DNA of 64,000 bases from Malacoraja senta (Eukaryota). The stretch is from assembly GCA_038087875.1 (NCBI GenBank), contig CM075985.1, positions 25,358,001 to 25,422,000 of the forward strand. The letters are read 5' to 3'. The stretch's first letter is position 1; each line of letters begins with the position of its first letter. Made by a program: the position numbers and the translations under genes. Positions 12,479-23,957 of the stretch are shown piece by piece. The notes below the pieces were generated by a model, which saw nothing but the letters and a program-made list of their open reading frames with translations, did not search any database and was not told where the DNA came from.

Positions 12479-12529
12479 CTGATGTAGTACTGGTAGTGGT
12501 CTCAGTTGATGATGTAGTTGTTGGTGTTT
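12479..12529 (-). CDS. MUC19: PTS micro-exon E, short unit 4
   Basis: 51 nt, tag/gttagt. Confidence 0.85.
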
Positions 12530-13209
12530 CTAGTGAAAGAAAATAATGCAATATTTAACCAAGACAGCCAAGAGGAATTGGTATACAGCTAACTATTGGT
12601 AGTCAGGAAACCATCAGTAGGAATTCAGATGCTGGCACACTTTATTAAAATGTTTAACAGATGGCATTTTTGTTCTTCATAGAATAAAATTGTAGGGCAA
12701 AACATACTTTTGATCAATCAGCAGCTGAATATTTCTGTGCCATCACAAATAATCCTGTGCTATCTATACACCAGTTGCGGATTTCCTGGAAGATCAACCG
12801 TCTTCCAAAGACCGCAAGGTCTACTTAATACCATAATTTCTAATAGTATGGAATGTGTGTACTATGGGTAAGCATGTCTGTTCATATGTCCCATTGATAC
12901 ATGATTCTCAACTTGCATGAAATGTGTTCATATTAATCATGGTTTTGTTTTTTGCTACGGAATGTCCGAAGAAATAGAGAAGCAGAAAACACCAACACAT
13001 ATCCTCCACAAATCTGAACTATTTTGAAATTGTGTCATAATTTGGTACAATTGTTATGAGCCAAACATTGACATCTTAACGTGTATATTTGCACAATTTA
13101 TGCCAATAATGTAAGCAAAGATGCAAGAAGTAAGTCACAGAGCTGATGTTAGAAATGTTGTTTCATTGTCTTTGATTTGCCAATGTTTATGGAAAGTGGT
13201 TTGACTCAC

Positions 13210-13272
13210 CTGTTGTGGAACTGGAGGTGGACTCAGTTGTACCAGTTGTCAAAGATGTTGTTGGTGTTGTTC
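13210..13272 (-). CDS. MUC19: PTS micro-exon F, short unit 4
   Basis: 63 nt, aag/gtgagt. Confidence 0.85.
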
Positions 13273-13835
13273 CTTGAGAGCAAATAGAAAAGCATTTACA
13301 AATTGAATTGCAAGAGTCACCAATCAATTTCAGTACGATACTGCACATTTTCCTGAGACTGGGCTGAATTTTAACAATGTTCATTGTTTGTGCCTAAGCA
13401 AAGGACATTTAGAAGTTAACCAAATTTTGCTTCCTCAGTTATCAAGGACCGAAATTATGAAAAGACATTGTGATTTTTCAAAGAAAGTTCTGAACTCCTT
13501 TATTGATCCATTTTGGAAAAATCATTGAGCACAAACAAAACTGTTTAACAGCGTTGCCATGACCAAAAACTACTGGAATAGTGGAAGAGGCGAAGGGAAG
13601 AGATCTTTTCTATAAAAGTGCCAGCCTCTATGCTCTTTTTAAAATTATTTAGGCAACCAGCACCAAAAGGCCACCTTAATATGGTAGAGGCTTCTATATT
13701 TTCGTGGTGAGAAACTACATTTTTTGAATAAAGGAATGAACAAATATTCCTGAAGAGGGTGCTGTGTAGAACTTCACTAAACAAAGCACAGTCCTAAAGG
13801 AAAAGCTAACAAGATTGATAGATGATGTTACTAAC

Positions 13836-13877
13836 CTGATGTAGTGCTGGTGGTGGTCTCAGTTGTTGGTGTCGTTT
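13836..13877 (-). CDS. MUC19: PTS micro-exon A, unit 5
   Basis: 42 nt, tag/gttagt. Confidence 0.85.
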
Positions 13878-14508
13878 CTAGTGAAAGAAAGAATGCTGTA
13901 TTCAAGTGGAGCAGCCAAGAGGAATTGGTACACAGTTATAAAGCCATCAACAGCAATTCATGAGCAGGCACATTTAATGAAAGTGTTTTAAGATGTAGAT
14001 TGGTTACTTCTTAATAATATATGCAAAGATAAACTGCTCAGCAACAACAGACTGTGTCCCCCGCGGCCTCTCCACGGCGTTCAGCGCCCAGCTCGCCTAT
14101 TTCACCACCTCAACTCGGTGGGTCTCCGGTGATGGCCCCGGTCACTTCCCCGGTCACTTCCCCGTCATTTCACCAGTGAATTGAATAAAGCATGCGGCCA
14201 TACTATACGGCTGCATTACTTTTTCCTTGTCAATCAGCAGCGGAATATTTCAGGGCCATCATAAAGAATTTCAATTTCTTAATGTACCAACTTCAGATTT
14301 TGTGGAAGCTCAGCAAGTATTCCAAGAACTACTGATCAGAAATTTAGAACATAAGGAGCGGTAAAGTGCCACAGCTGGTGCAACTCCTACCTCACAGCAC
14401 CAGAGAATTCAGATTGATTTGTTCCACAGGTGTTGTGTGCATGGAGATTTCATGTACTCCTGTTGTGTGTGCCTTTCCTACAAGTGTCTGAAATATATTG
14501 TCACTAAC

Positions 14509-14559
14509 CTGATGTAGTACTGGTTGTGGTCTCAGTTGTTGATGTAGTTGTTGGTGTTT
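14509..14559 (-). CDS. MUC19: PTS micro-exon B, unit 5
   Basis: 51/54 nt, cagtag/gttagt. Confidence 0.85.
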
Positions 14560-15249
14560 CTACTGAAAGAAAATAATGTAATATTCAACCAAGGCAGCCA
14601 AGAGGAATTGGTATACACCAAACTATTGGTAGTCAGGAAACCATCAGCAGGAATTCATATGCTGGCACACTTTATTAAAATGTTTAACAGATGGCATTTT
14701 TGTTCTTCGTAGAATAAAATGGCAGGCCAAATTATATCTGATCAATCAGCAGCTGAATATTTCTGTGCCATCACAAATAAACCTGTTCTCTCTATATACC
14801 AGTTGCAGATTTCATGGAAGATCAACCGTCTTCCAAATACCGCAAGGTCTACTTAATACCATATTTTCTAATACCATTATTCGTTGATCCATTTTTGAAA
14901 AATCTTTGAGCTGAAACAAAACTGTTTAACAGCGTTGCCATGACCAAAAACTCCCGGAATAGTGGAAGAGGCGAAGGGAAGAGACCTTTTCTATAAAAGT
15001 GAAAATCCTTATCCATGTCTACTGTAAGGTGCCAGACTCAATTCACTTTTTAAATTATTATTGCAGGCAATCAGCACCAAAAGGCCTCCTTAATTCGGTA
15101 GTTGTTTCTATATTTTCTTGGTGAGAAACTACATTTTTGGAATAAAGCAATGAACAAATATTCCTAAAGAGGGTGCTATATAGAGCTTCACTAAACAAAG
15201 CACAGTCCTAAAGGAAAAGCTAACAAGATTGATAGATGATGTTACTAAC

Positions 15250-15291
15250 CTGATGTAATGCTGGTGGTGGTCTCTGTTGTTGGTGTCGTTT
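15250..15291 (-). CDS. MUC19: PTS micro-exon C, unit 5
   Basis: 42 nt, tag/gttagt. Confidence 0.85.
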
Positions 15292-15671
15292 CTAGTGAAC
15301 AAAAAGAATGCTGTGTTCAAGTGGGGCAGCCAAGAGGAATTGGTACGCAGTTATAAAGCCATCAACAGGAATTCATGAGCTGGCATATTTTATGAAAACG
15401 TTTTACTAGTTGTCACTTTCTTCATCAGTCAATAAAGCATGCGGCCATACTATATGGCTGCATTGATTTTTCCTCGTCTTTCAGAAATTGCAGCTGATCA
15501 GGCATTTAGTAAGATTGAGTTGGCACAGATGTGCTGCCGGTAGAGCTGCAGCCTCATAGTGTTAGAGATTTGTATTCTATCCTGACCTCGGTTGCTGTCT
15601 ATGCTGGGATTGCACGTTCTCCTTTTCACTGCCTGTGATCCCCCAAGTTTTTAACAGAGGATGATACTGAC

Positions 15672-15710
15672 CTGATGTTGTGGTGGTCCCAGATGTTGAT
15701 GTAGTTGTTT
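15672..15710 (-). CDS. MUC19: PTS micro-exon D, unit 5
   Basis: 39 nt, tag/gtcagt. Confidence 0.85.
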
Positions 15711-16159
15711 CTAGTGAAATACAAAAAAATGTTATGTTCCACTGAGACAAACAAGAGGAATTGTTATGCAGTTTAGAATCCTTCAACAGGAATTTATCAA
15801 CTGGCACCTTTTAATAAAACATTTTACACTTGATATTTCCTTATCAGTGAAAAAAGCGTGCGGCCATACAATGCGGCTGCATTACTTTTTCCTTGTCAAT
15901 CAGCAGCTGAATATGTCAGGGCCATCACAAACAATTTCAATTTCTTAATGTACCAACTTCAGATTTTGTGGAAGCTCAGCAAGTATTCCAAGAACTACTG
16001 AACAGAAATTTAGAACATAAGGAGCGGTAAAGTGCCACAGCTGGTGCAACTCCTACCTCAAGCACCAGAGACTTCAGATTGATTTGTGAGCATGGAGATT
16101 ACATGTACTCCTGTTATGTGTACCTTTCCTACAAGTGTCAGAAATATATTGTCACTAAC

Positions 16160-16210
16160 CTGATGTAGTACTGGTAGTGGTCTCAGTTGATGATGTAGTT
16201 GTTGGTGTTT
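16160..16210 (-). CDS. MUC19: PTS micro-exon E, unit 5
   Basis: 51 nt, tag/gttagt. Confidence 0.85.
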
Positions 16211-16890
16211 CTAGTGAAAGAAAATAATGCAATATTCAACCAAGACAGCCAAGAGGAATTGGTATACAGCTAACTATTGGTAGTCAGGAAACCATCAGCA
16301 GGAATTCATATGCTGGCACACTTTATTAAAATATTTAACAGATGGCATTTTTGTTCTTCATAGAATAAAATTGTAGGGCAAAACATACTTTTGATCAATC
16401 AGCAGCTGAATATTTCTGTGCCATCACAAATAATCCTGTGCTATCTATACACCAGTTGCGGATTTACTGGAAGATCAACCGTCTTCCAAAGACCGCAAGG
16501 TCTACTTAATACCATAATTTCTAATAGTATGGAATGTGTGTACTATGGGCAAGCATGTCTGTTCATATGTCCCATTGATACATGATTCTCAACTTGCATA
16601 AAATGTGTTCCTATTAATCATGGTTTTGTTTTTTGCTACGGAATGTCCGAAGAAATAGAGAAGCAGAAAACACCAACACATATCCTCCACAAATCTGAAC
16701 TATTTTGAAATTGTGTCATAATTTGGTACAATTGTTATGAGCCAAACATTGACATCTTAACGTGTATATTTGCACAATTTATGCCAATAATGTAAGCAAA
16801 GATGCAAGAAGTAAGTCACAGAGCTGATGTTAGAAATGTTGTTTCATTGTCTTTGATTTGCCAATGTTTATGGAAAGTGGTTTGACTCAC

Positions 16891-16953
16891 CTGTTGTGGA
16901 ACTGGAGGTGGACTCAGTTGTACCAGTTGTCAAAGATGTTGTTGGTGTTGTTC
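16891..16953 (-). CDS. MUC19: PTS micro-exon F, unit 5
   Basis: 63 nt, aag/gtgagt. Confidence 0.85.
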
Positions 16954-17546
16954 CTTGAGAGCAAATAGAAAAGCATTTACAAATTGAATTGCAAGAGTCA
17001 CCAATCAATTTCAGTACGATACTGCACATTTTCCTGAGACTGGGCTGAATTTTAACAATGTTAATTGTTCGTGCCTAAGCAAAGGACATTTAGAAGTTAA
17101 CCAAATTTTGCTTCGTCATTTATCAAAGACCGAAATTATGAAAAGACATTGTGATTTTTCAAAGAAAGTTCTGAACTCCTTTATTGATCCATTTTGGAAA
17201 AATCATTGAGCAGAAACAAAACTGTTTAACAGCGTTGCCATGACCAAAAACTCCCGGAATAGTGGAAGAGGCGAAGGGAAGAGACCTTTTCTATAAAAGT
17301 GAAAATCCTTATCCATGTCAACTGAAAAGTGCCAGCCTCAATGCTCTTTTTAAAATTATTTAGGCAACCAGCACCAAAACGCCACTTTAATATGATAGAG
17401 GCTTCTATATTTTCGTGGTGAGAAACTACATTTTTTGAATAAAGGAATGAACAAATATTCCTGAAGAGGGTGCTGTGTAGAACTTCACTAAACAAAGCAC
17501 AGTCCTAAAGGAAAAGCTAACAAGATTGATAGATGATGTTACTAAC

Positions 17547-17588
17547 CTGATGTAGTGCTGGTGGTGGTCTCAGTTGTTGGTGTCGTTT
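17547..17588 (-). CDS. MUC19: PTS micro-exon A, unit 6
   Basis: 42 nt, tag/gttagt. Confidence 0.85.
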
Positions 17589-18207
17589 CTAGTGAAAGAA
17601 AGAATGCTGTATTCAAGTGGAGCAGCCAAGAGGAATTGGTACACAGTTATAAAGCCATCAACAGCAATTCATGAGCTGGCACATTTTATGAAAGTGTTTT
17701 AATATGTAGATTGGTTACTTCTTAATAATATATGCAAAGATAAACTGCTCAGCAACAACAGACTGTGTCCCCCGCGGCCTCTCCACGGCGTTCAGCGCCC
17801 AGCTCGCCTATTTCACCACCTCAACTCGGTGGGTCTCCGGTGATGGCCCCGGTCACTTCCCCGTCATTTCACCAGTGAATTGAATAAAGCATGCGGCCAT
17901 ACTATACGGCTGCATTACTTTTTCCTTGTCAATCAGCAGCTGAATATTTCAGGGCCATCATAAACAATTTCAATTTCTTAATGTACCAACTTCAGATTTT
18001 GTGGAAGCTCAGCAAGTATTCTAAGAACTACTGATCAGAAATTTAGAACATAAGGAGCGGTAAAGTGCCACAGCTGGTGCAACTCCTACCTCACAGCACT
18101 AGAGAATTCAGATTGATTTGTTCCACAGGTGTTGTGTGCATGGAGATTACATGTATTCCTGTTGTGTGTGCCTTTCCTACAAGTGTCTGAAATATATTGT
18201 CACTAAC

Positions 18208-18258
18208 CTGATGTAGTACTGGTTGTGGTCTCAGTTGTTGATGTAGTTGTTGGTGTTT
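18208..18258 (-). CDS. MUC19: PTS micro-exon B, unit 6
   Basis: 51/54 nt, cagtag/gttagt. Confidence 0.85.
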
Positions 18259-18948
18259 CTACTGAAAGAAAATAATGCAATATTCAACCAAGGCAGCCAA
18301 GAGGAATTGGTATACACCTAACTATTGGTAGTCAGGAAACCATCAGCAGGAATTCATATGCTGGCACACTTTATTAAAATGTTTAACAGATGGCATTTTT
18401 GTTCTTCGTAGAATAAAATGGCAGGCCAAATTATATCTGATCAATCAGCAGCTGAATATTTCTGTGCCATCACAAATAAACTTGTTCTCTCTATATACCA
18501 GTTGCAGATTTCCTGGAAGATCAACCGTCTTCCAAATACCGCAAGGTCTACTTAATACCATATTTTCTAATACCATTATTCGTTGATCCATTTTTGAAAA
18601 ATCTTTGAGCTGAAACAAAACTGTTTAACAGCGTTGCCATGACCAAAAACTCCCGGAATAGTGGAAGAGGCGAAGGGAAGAGACCTTTTCTATAAAAGTG
18701 AAAATCCTTATCCATATCTACTGTAAGGTGCCAGACTCAATTCACTTTTTAAATTATTATTGCAGGCAATCAGCACCAAAAGGCCTCCTTAATTCGGTAG
18801 TTGTTTCTATATTTTCTTGGTGAGAAACTACATTTTTGGAATAAAGCAATGAACAAATATTCCTGAAGAGGGTGCTATATAGAGCTTCACTAAACAAAAC
18901 ACAGTCCTAAAGGAAAATCTAACAAGATTGATAGATGATGTTACTAAC

Positions 18949-18990
18949 CTGATGTAATGCTGGTGGTGGTCTCTGTTGTTGGTGTCGTTT
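18949..18990 (-). CDS. MUC19: PTS micro-exon C, unit 6
   Basis: 42 nt, tag/gttagt. Confidence 0.85.
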
Positions 18991-19370
18991 CTAGTGAAAA
19001 AAAAGAATGCTGTATTCAAGTGGGGCAGCCAAGAGGAATTGGTACGCAGTTATATAGCCATCAACAGGAATTCATGAGCTGGCATATTTTATGAAAACGT
19101 TTTACTAGTTGTCACTTTCTTCATCAGTCAATAAAGCATGCGACCATACTATATGGCTGCATTGATTTTTCCTCGTCTTTCAGAAATTGCAGCTGATCAG
19201 GCATTTAGTAAGATTGAGTTGGCACAGATGTGCAGCTGGTAGAGCTGCAGCCTCATAGTGTTAGAGATTTGTATTCTATCCTGACCTCGGTTGCTGTCTA
19301 TGCTGGGATTGCACGTTCTCCTTTTCACTGCCTGTGATCCCCCAAGTTTTTAACAGAGGATGATACTGAC

Positions 19371-19409
19371 CTGATGTTGTGGTGGTCGCAGATGTTGATG
19401 TAGTTGTTT
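19371..19409 (-). CDS. MUC19: PTS micro-exon D, unit 6 (variant ETTTSTSATTTTS)
   Basis: 39 nt, tag/gtcagt. Confidence 0.85.
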
Positions 19410-19873
19410 CTAGTGAAATTAAAAAAATGTTATGTTCCACTGAGACAAACAAGAGGAATTGTTATGCAGTTTAGAATCCTTCAACAGGAATTTATCAACT
19501 GGCACCTTTTAATAAAACATTTTACACTTGATATTTCCTTATCAGTGAATAAAGCGTGCGGCCATACAATGCGGCTGCATTACTTTTTCCTTGTCAATCA
19601 GCAGCTGAATATGTCAGGGCCATCACAAACAATTTCAATTTCTTAATGTACCAACTTCCGATTTTGTGGAAGCTCAGCAAGTATTCCAAGAACTACTGAT
19701 CAGAAATTTAGAACATAAGGAGCGGTAAAGTGCCACAGCTGGAGCAACTCCTACCTCACAGCACCAGAGACTTCAGATTGATTTGTTCCATGGGTGTTGT
19801 GTGCATGGAGATTACATGTACTCCCTGTTATGTGTGCCTTTCCTACATGTGTCAGAAATATATTGTCACTAAC

Positions 19874-19924
19874 CTGATGTAGTACTGGTAGTGGTCTCAG
19901 TTGATGATGTAGTTGTTGGTGTTT
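19874..19924 (-). CDS. MUC19: PTS micro-exon E, unit 6
   Basis: 51 nt, tag/gttagt. Confidence 0.85.
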
Positions 19925-20604
19925 CTAGTGAAAGAAAATAATGCAATATTCAACCAAGACAGCCAAGAGGAATTGGTATAGAGCTAATTATTGGTAGTCA
20001 GGAAACCATCAGCAGGAATTCATATGCTGGCACACATTATTAAAATGTTTAACAGATGGCATTTTTGTTCTTCATAGAATAAAATTGTAGGGCAAAACAT
20101 ACTTTTGATCAATCAGCAGCTGAATATTTCTGTGCCATCACAAATAATCCTGAGCTATCTATATACCAGTTGCGGATTTCCTGGAAGATCAACCGTCTTC
20201 CAAAGACCGCAAGGTCTACTTAATACCATAATTTCTAATAGTATGGAATGTGTGTACTATGGGTAAGCATGTCTGTTCATATGTCCCATTGATACATGAT
20301 TCTCAACTTGCATAAAATGTGTTCATATTAATCATGGTTTTGTTTTTTGCTACGGAATGTCCGAAGAAATAGAGAAGCAGAAAACACCAACACATATCCT
20401 CCACAAATCTGAACTATTTTGAAATTGTGTCATAATTTGGTACAATTGTTATGAGCCAAACATTGACATCTTAACGTGTATATTTGCACAATTTATGCCA
20501 ATAATGTGAGCAAAGATGCAAGAAGTAAGTCACAGAGCTGATGTTAGAAATGTTGTTTCATTGTCTTTGATTTGCCAATGTTTATGGAAAGTGGTTTGAC
20601 TCAC

Positions 20605-20667
20605 CTGTTGTGGAACTGGAGGTGGACTCAGTTGTACCAGTTGTCAAAGATGTTGTTGGTGTTGTTC
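20605..20667 (-). CDS. MUC19: PTS micro-exon F, unit 6
   Basis: 63 nt, aag/gtgagt. Confidence 0.85.
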
Positions 20668-21603
20668 CTTGAGAGCAAATAGAAAAGCATTTACAAATTG
20701 AATTGCAAGAGTCACCAATCAATTTCAGTACGATACTGCACATTTTCCCGAGACTGGGCTGAATTTTAACAATGTTCATTGTTCGTGCCTAAGCAAAGGA
20801 CATTTAGAAGTTAACCAAATTTTGCTTCGTCATTTATCAAGGACCGAAATTATGAAAAGACATTGTGATTTTTCAAAGAAAGTTCTGAACTCCTTTATTG
20901 ATCCATTTTGGAAAAATCATTGAGCTGAAACAAAACTGTTTAACAGCGTTGCCATGACCAAAAACTCCCGGAATAGTGGATGAGGCGAAGGGAATAGACC
21001 TTTTCTATAAAAGTGAAAATCCTTATCCATGTCAACTGAAAAGTGCCAGCCTCTATGCTCTTTTTAAAATTATTTAGGCAACCAGCACCAAAAGGCCACC
21101 TTAATATGGTAGAGGCTTCTATATTTTCGTGGTGAGCAACAACAGACTGTGTCCCCCGCGGCCTCTCCACGGCGTTGAGCACCCAGCTCGCCTATTTCAC
21201 CACCTCAACTCGGTGGGTCTCTGGTGATGGCCCCGGTCACTTCCCCGGTCACTTCCCCGTCATTTCACCAGTGAATTGAATAAAGCATGCGGCCATACTA
21301 TACGGCTGCATTACTTTTTCCTTGTCAATCAGCAGCTGAATATTTCAGGGCCATCATAAAGAATTTCAATTTCTTAATGTACCAACTTCAGATTTTGTGG
21401 AAGCTCAGCAAGTATTCTAAGAACTACTGATCAGAAATTTAGAACATAAGGAGCGGTAAAGTGCCACAGCTGGTGCAACTCCTACCTCACAGCACCAGAG
21501 ACTTCAGATTGATTTGTTCCACAGGTGTTGTGTGCATGGAGATTACATGTACTCCTGTTGTGTGTGCCTTTCCTACAAGTGTCTGAAATATATTGTCACT
21601 AAC

Positions 21604-21654
21604 CTGATGTAGTACTGGTTGTGGTCTCAGTTGTTGATGTAGTTGTTGGTGTTT
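21604..21654 (-). CDS. MUC19: PTS micro-exon B, edge unit 7
   Basis: 51 nt (54 with the upstream CAG), gttagt donor. Confidence 0.85.
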
Positions 21655-23348
21655 CTACTGAAAGAAAATAATGCAATATTCAACCAAGGCAGCCAAGAGG
21701 AATTGGTATAAACCTAACTATTGGTAGTCAGGAAACCATCAGCAGGAATTCATATGCTGGCACACTTTATTAAAATGTTTAACAGATGGCATTTTTGTTC
21801 TTCGTAGAATAAAATGGCAGGCCAAATTATATCTGATCAATCAGCAGCTGAATATTTCTGTGCCATCACAAATAATCCTATACTTTCTATACACCAGTTG
21901 CGGATTTCCTGGAAGATCAACCGTCTTCCAAAGACCGCAATGTCTACTTAATACCATATTTTCTAATACCATTATTCGTTGATCCATTTTTGAAAAATCA
22001 TTGAGCAGAAACAAAACTGTTTAACAGCGTTGCCATGACCAAAAACACCCGGAATAGTGGAAGAGGCGAAGGGAAGAGACCTTTTCTATAAAAGTGAAAA
22101 TCCATATCCATGTCAACTGAAAAGTGCCAGCCTCAATGCTCTTTTTATAATTATTGTAGGCAATCAGCACCAAAAGGCCTCCTTAATTTGGTAGAGGCTT
22201 CTATATTTTCATGGTATTTTTGTTCTTCATAGAATAAAATGGTCGGGCAAAATATACTTTTGATCAATCAGCAGCTGAATATTCTGTGCCATCACAAATA
22301 ATCCTGTTCTATCTATATACCAGTTGCGGAATTCCTGGAAGATCAACCGACTTCCAAAGACCGCAAGGTCTACTTAATACCATAATTTCTAATAGTATCG
22401 AATGAGTGGGGTAAGCATGTCTGTTCATATGTCCCATTGATACATGATTCTCAACTTGCGTAAAATGTGTTCATTATATTCATGGTTTTGATTTTTGCTA
22501 CGGAATGTCTGAAGAAATTGAGAAGCAGAAAACACCAACTAATTTCCTCCACAAATCCAAACTATTTTGAAATTGTGTCATAATTTGGTAAAATTATTTA
22601 CTTTATGCCATTATTACTAATAGTGTGTGATATGTCTGGGAATAATGTGCATTTATGTTCGCATATCCAAAAGTGACATGATCCCCAACCTGCACATAAT
22701 TTGCAGATTATAATTATGCATTTTTCTTGTTCCTGCTGAATATATGTGGAAATGAGAAACAGTAAATACCATAAAAAAATGTTCTTCCACATTTCCTATG
22801 TTTTACTAAGATTACATCATAACTTTATATAATTGATTTGAGGCAAACATTGAAATCTTGACATGTATGTTTGCACCATCTATCTCAATAATGTAAGCAA
22901 AGGTGCAAGAAGTAAGCCAGGGACCTGATCTTGCCTAGTTCCTTCGCTCCATAGCTGCTGCCTCACCTGCTGAGTTCCCTAGTTCTATCTTGGCTTCAGG
23001 TGCTGTCTGTGAGGAGTTTGCATGTTCTCCCTTTTACCATGTGGGTTCCCTCCAAGTGTTTGACAGATGTTGTTACTAACCTTGTTGTTACAAGGCAGCC
23101 AATAGGAATTGGTACGCAGTAAAGAAACTTCCAACAGTAATTCATCAGCTGGCACATTTTAATAAATCCTACACTCGAACAATCCTACACTCTTGACACT
23201 TCGATTGCGGATTTCATGAAGAATTTACAAGGCCCTTCTTAATTCAGAAGTTGTTCTCCTATTTTCCGAGTGAGAATTATTAAATATTTGCAGCAACACC
23301 ATGAACAAGCAAGAGGAAAATATAGAGCTTCACTTTAACGTTACTTAC

Positions 23349-23399
23349 CTGATGTAGTGCTGCTTGTGGTCTCAGTTGCTGATGTTGTTGGTGTTGTTT
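23349..23399 (-). CDS. MUC19: PTS micro-exon, divergent (ETTPTTSATETTSSTTS)
   Basis: 51 nt, aag/gtaagt, phase 1-1. Confidence 0.83.
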
Positions 23400-23909
23400 C
23401 TTGAGGAAGAAGAGAAAGTTTTATTCAACCAATATATCTCAAAAGAATTAGCATGCGGTTGAAAAACCTTCAATAGGATTTTTTTTAAGCTGGTAACTTT
23501 GATCAGAATGTTTTATGGTGTTATTCTCTTCATTGCAAGTAATCTGAATTATTTATAAACTCCTGCACTGACTTATTTAGGAAATGTCAGAGTGCAGAAT
23601 CTAAAGCACTGTACATTGCAACTCCTCACACTTTTACTAACTGGTGTGAATCTTGGAACATAGTCCATTTAATAACCTTGCCATGACCAAACACCAGCGC
23701 AATGCTGCTTTTGAAACTACTGTGGAAATCAGAACCACAAGGCCTAACTATAATTCAAAAACAGTTCCCATATTTTCATAGTGGAAAACTACATTTTGGA
23801 TGCAAAACAATGAACAAAGGTTCGTCAGAGGGAAGTGTAGATTTTCACATCACAGACCACAGAGTTACTGAAGGATACACTAACAGTTATGGAAGATATT
23901 GTTCCCAGC

Positions 23910-23957
23910 CTGATGTGGTACTGGTGGTAGTCTCAGTTGTAATGTTGTTGGAATGTT
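23910..23957 (-). pseudogene. Decayed PTS pseudo-exon
   Basis: Body still reads ..TTETTTSTTS, but the donor is gctggg, the pyrimidine tract is gone and the 5' part is out of frame. Confidence 0.7.

Larger units (their letters stand above)
1..22210. repeat. Intragenic tandem macro-repeat, ~3.7 kb unit: five full units, one 2.3 kb unit and one deleted edge unit; continues past the left edge
   Basis: F-exon starts at 3465, 7174, 10900, 13210, 16891, 20605 (spacings 3709, 3726, 2310, 3681, 3714); introns nearly identical between units. Confidence 0.97.

Noticed and set aside
4121-19409. Positive selection on cassettes (all five exonic SNPs in full units are non-synonymous)
   Set aside because: Five changes are compatible with the neutral expectation that most random coding changes are non-synonymous.
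107-21182. Recurrent 60-89 aa ORFs in the track (MFSE.., MNTAFFF.., MQFRILQQ.., MNIVKIQ..)
   Set aside because: They recur only because the intron sequence is repeated. They gain and lose stops between units, and only short T/S-rich parts overlap real exons.
1-21870. Array as a pure assembly artefact
   Set aside because: Units carry private SNPs, indels and structural variants and grade into diverged copies. The exact copy number still needs read support.
1-22210. CRISPR-like or phage/prokaryotic repeat system
   Set aside because: There are no unique spacers and no cas genes. The short repeats are spliceosomal exons within vertebrate repeat content.
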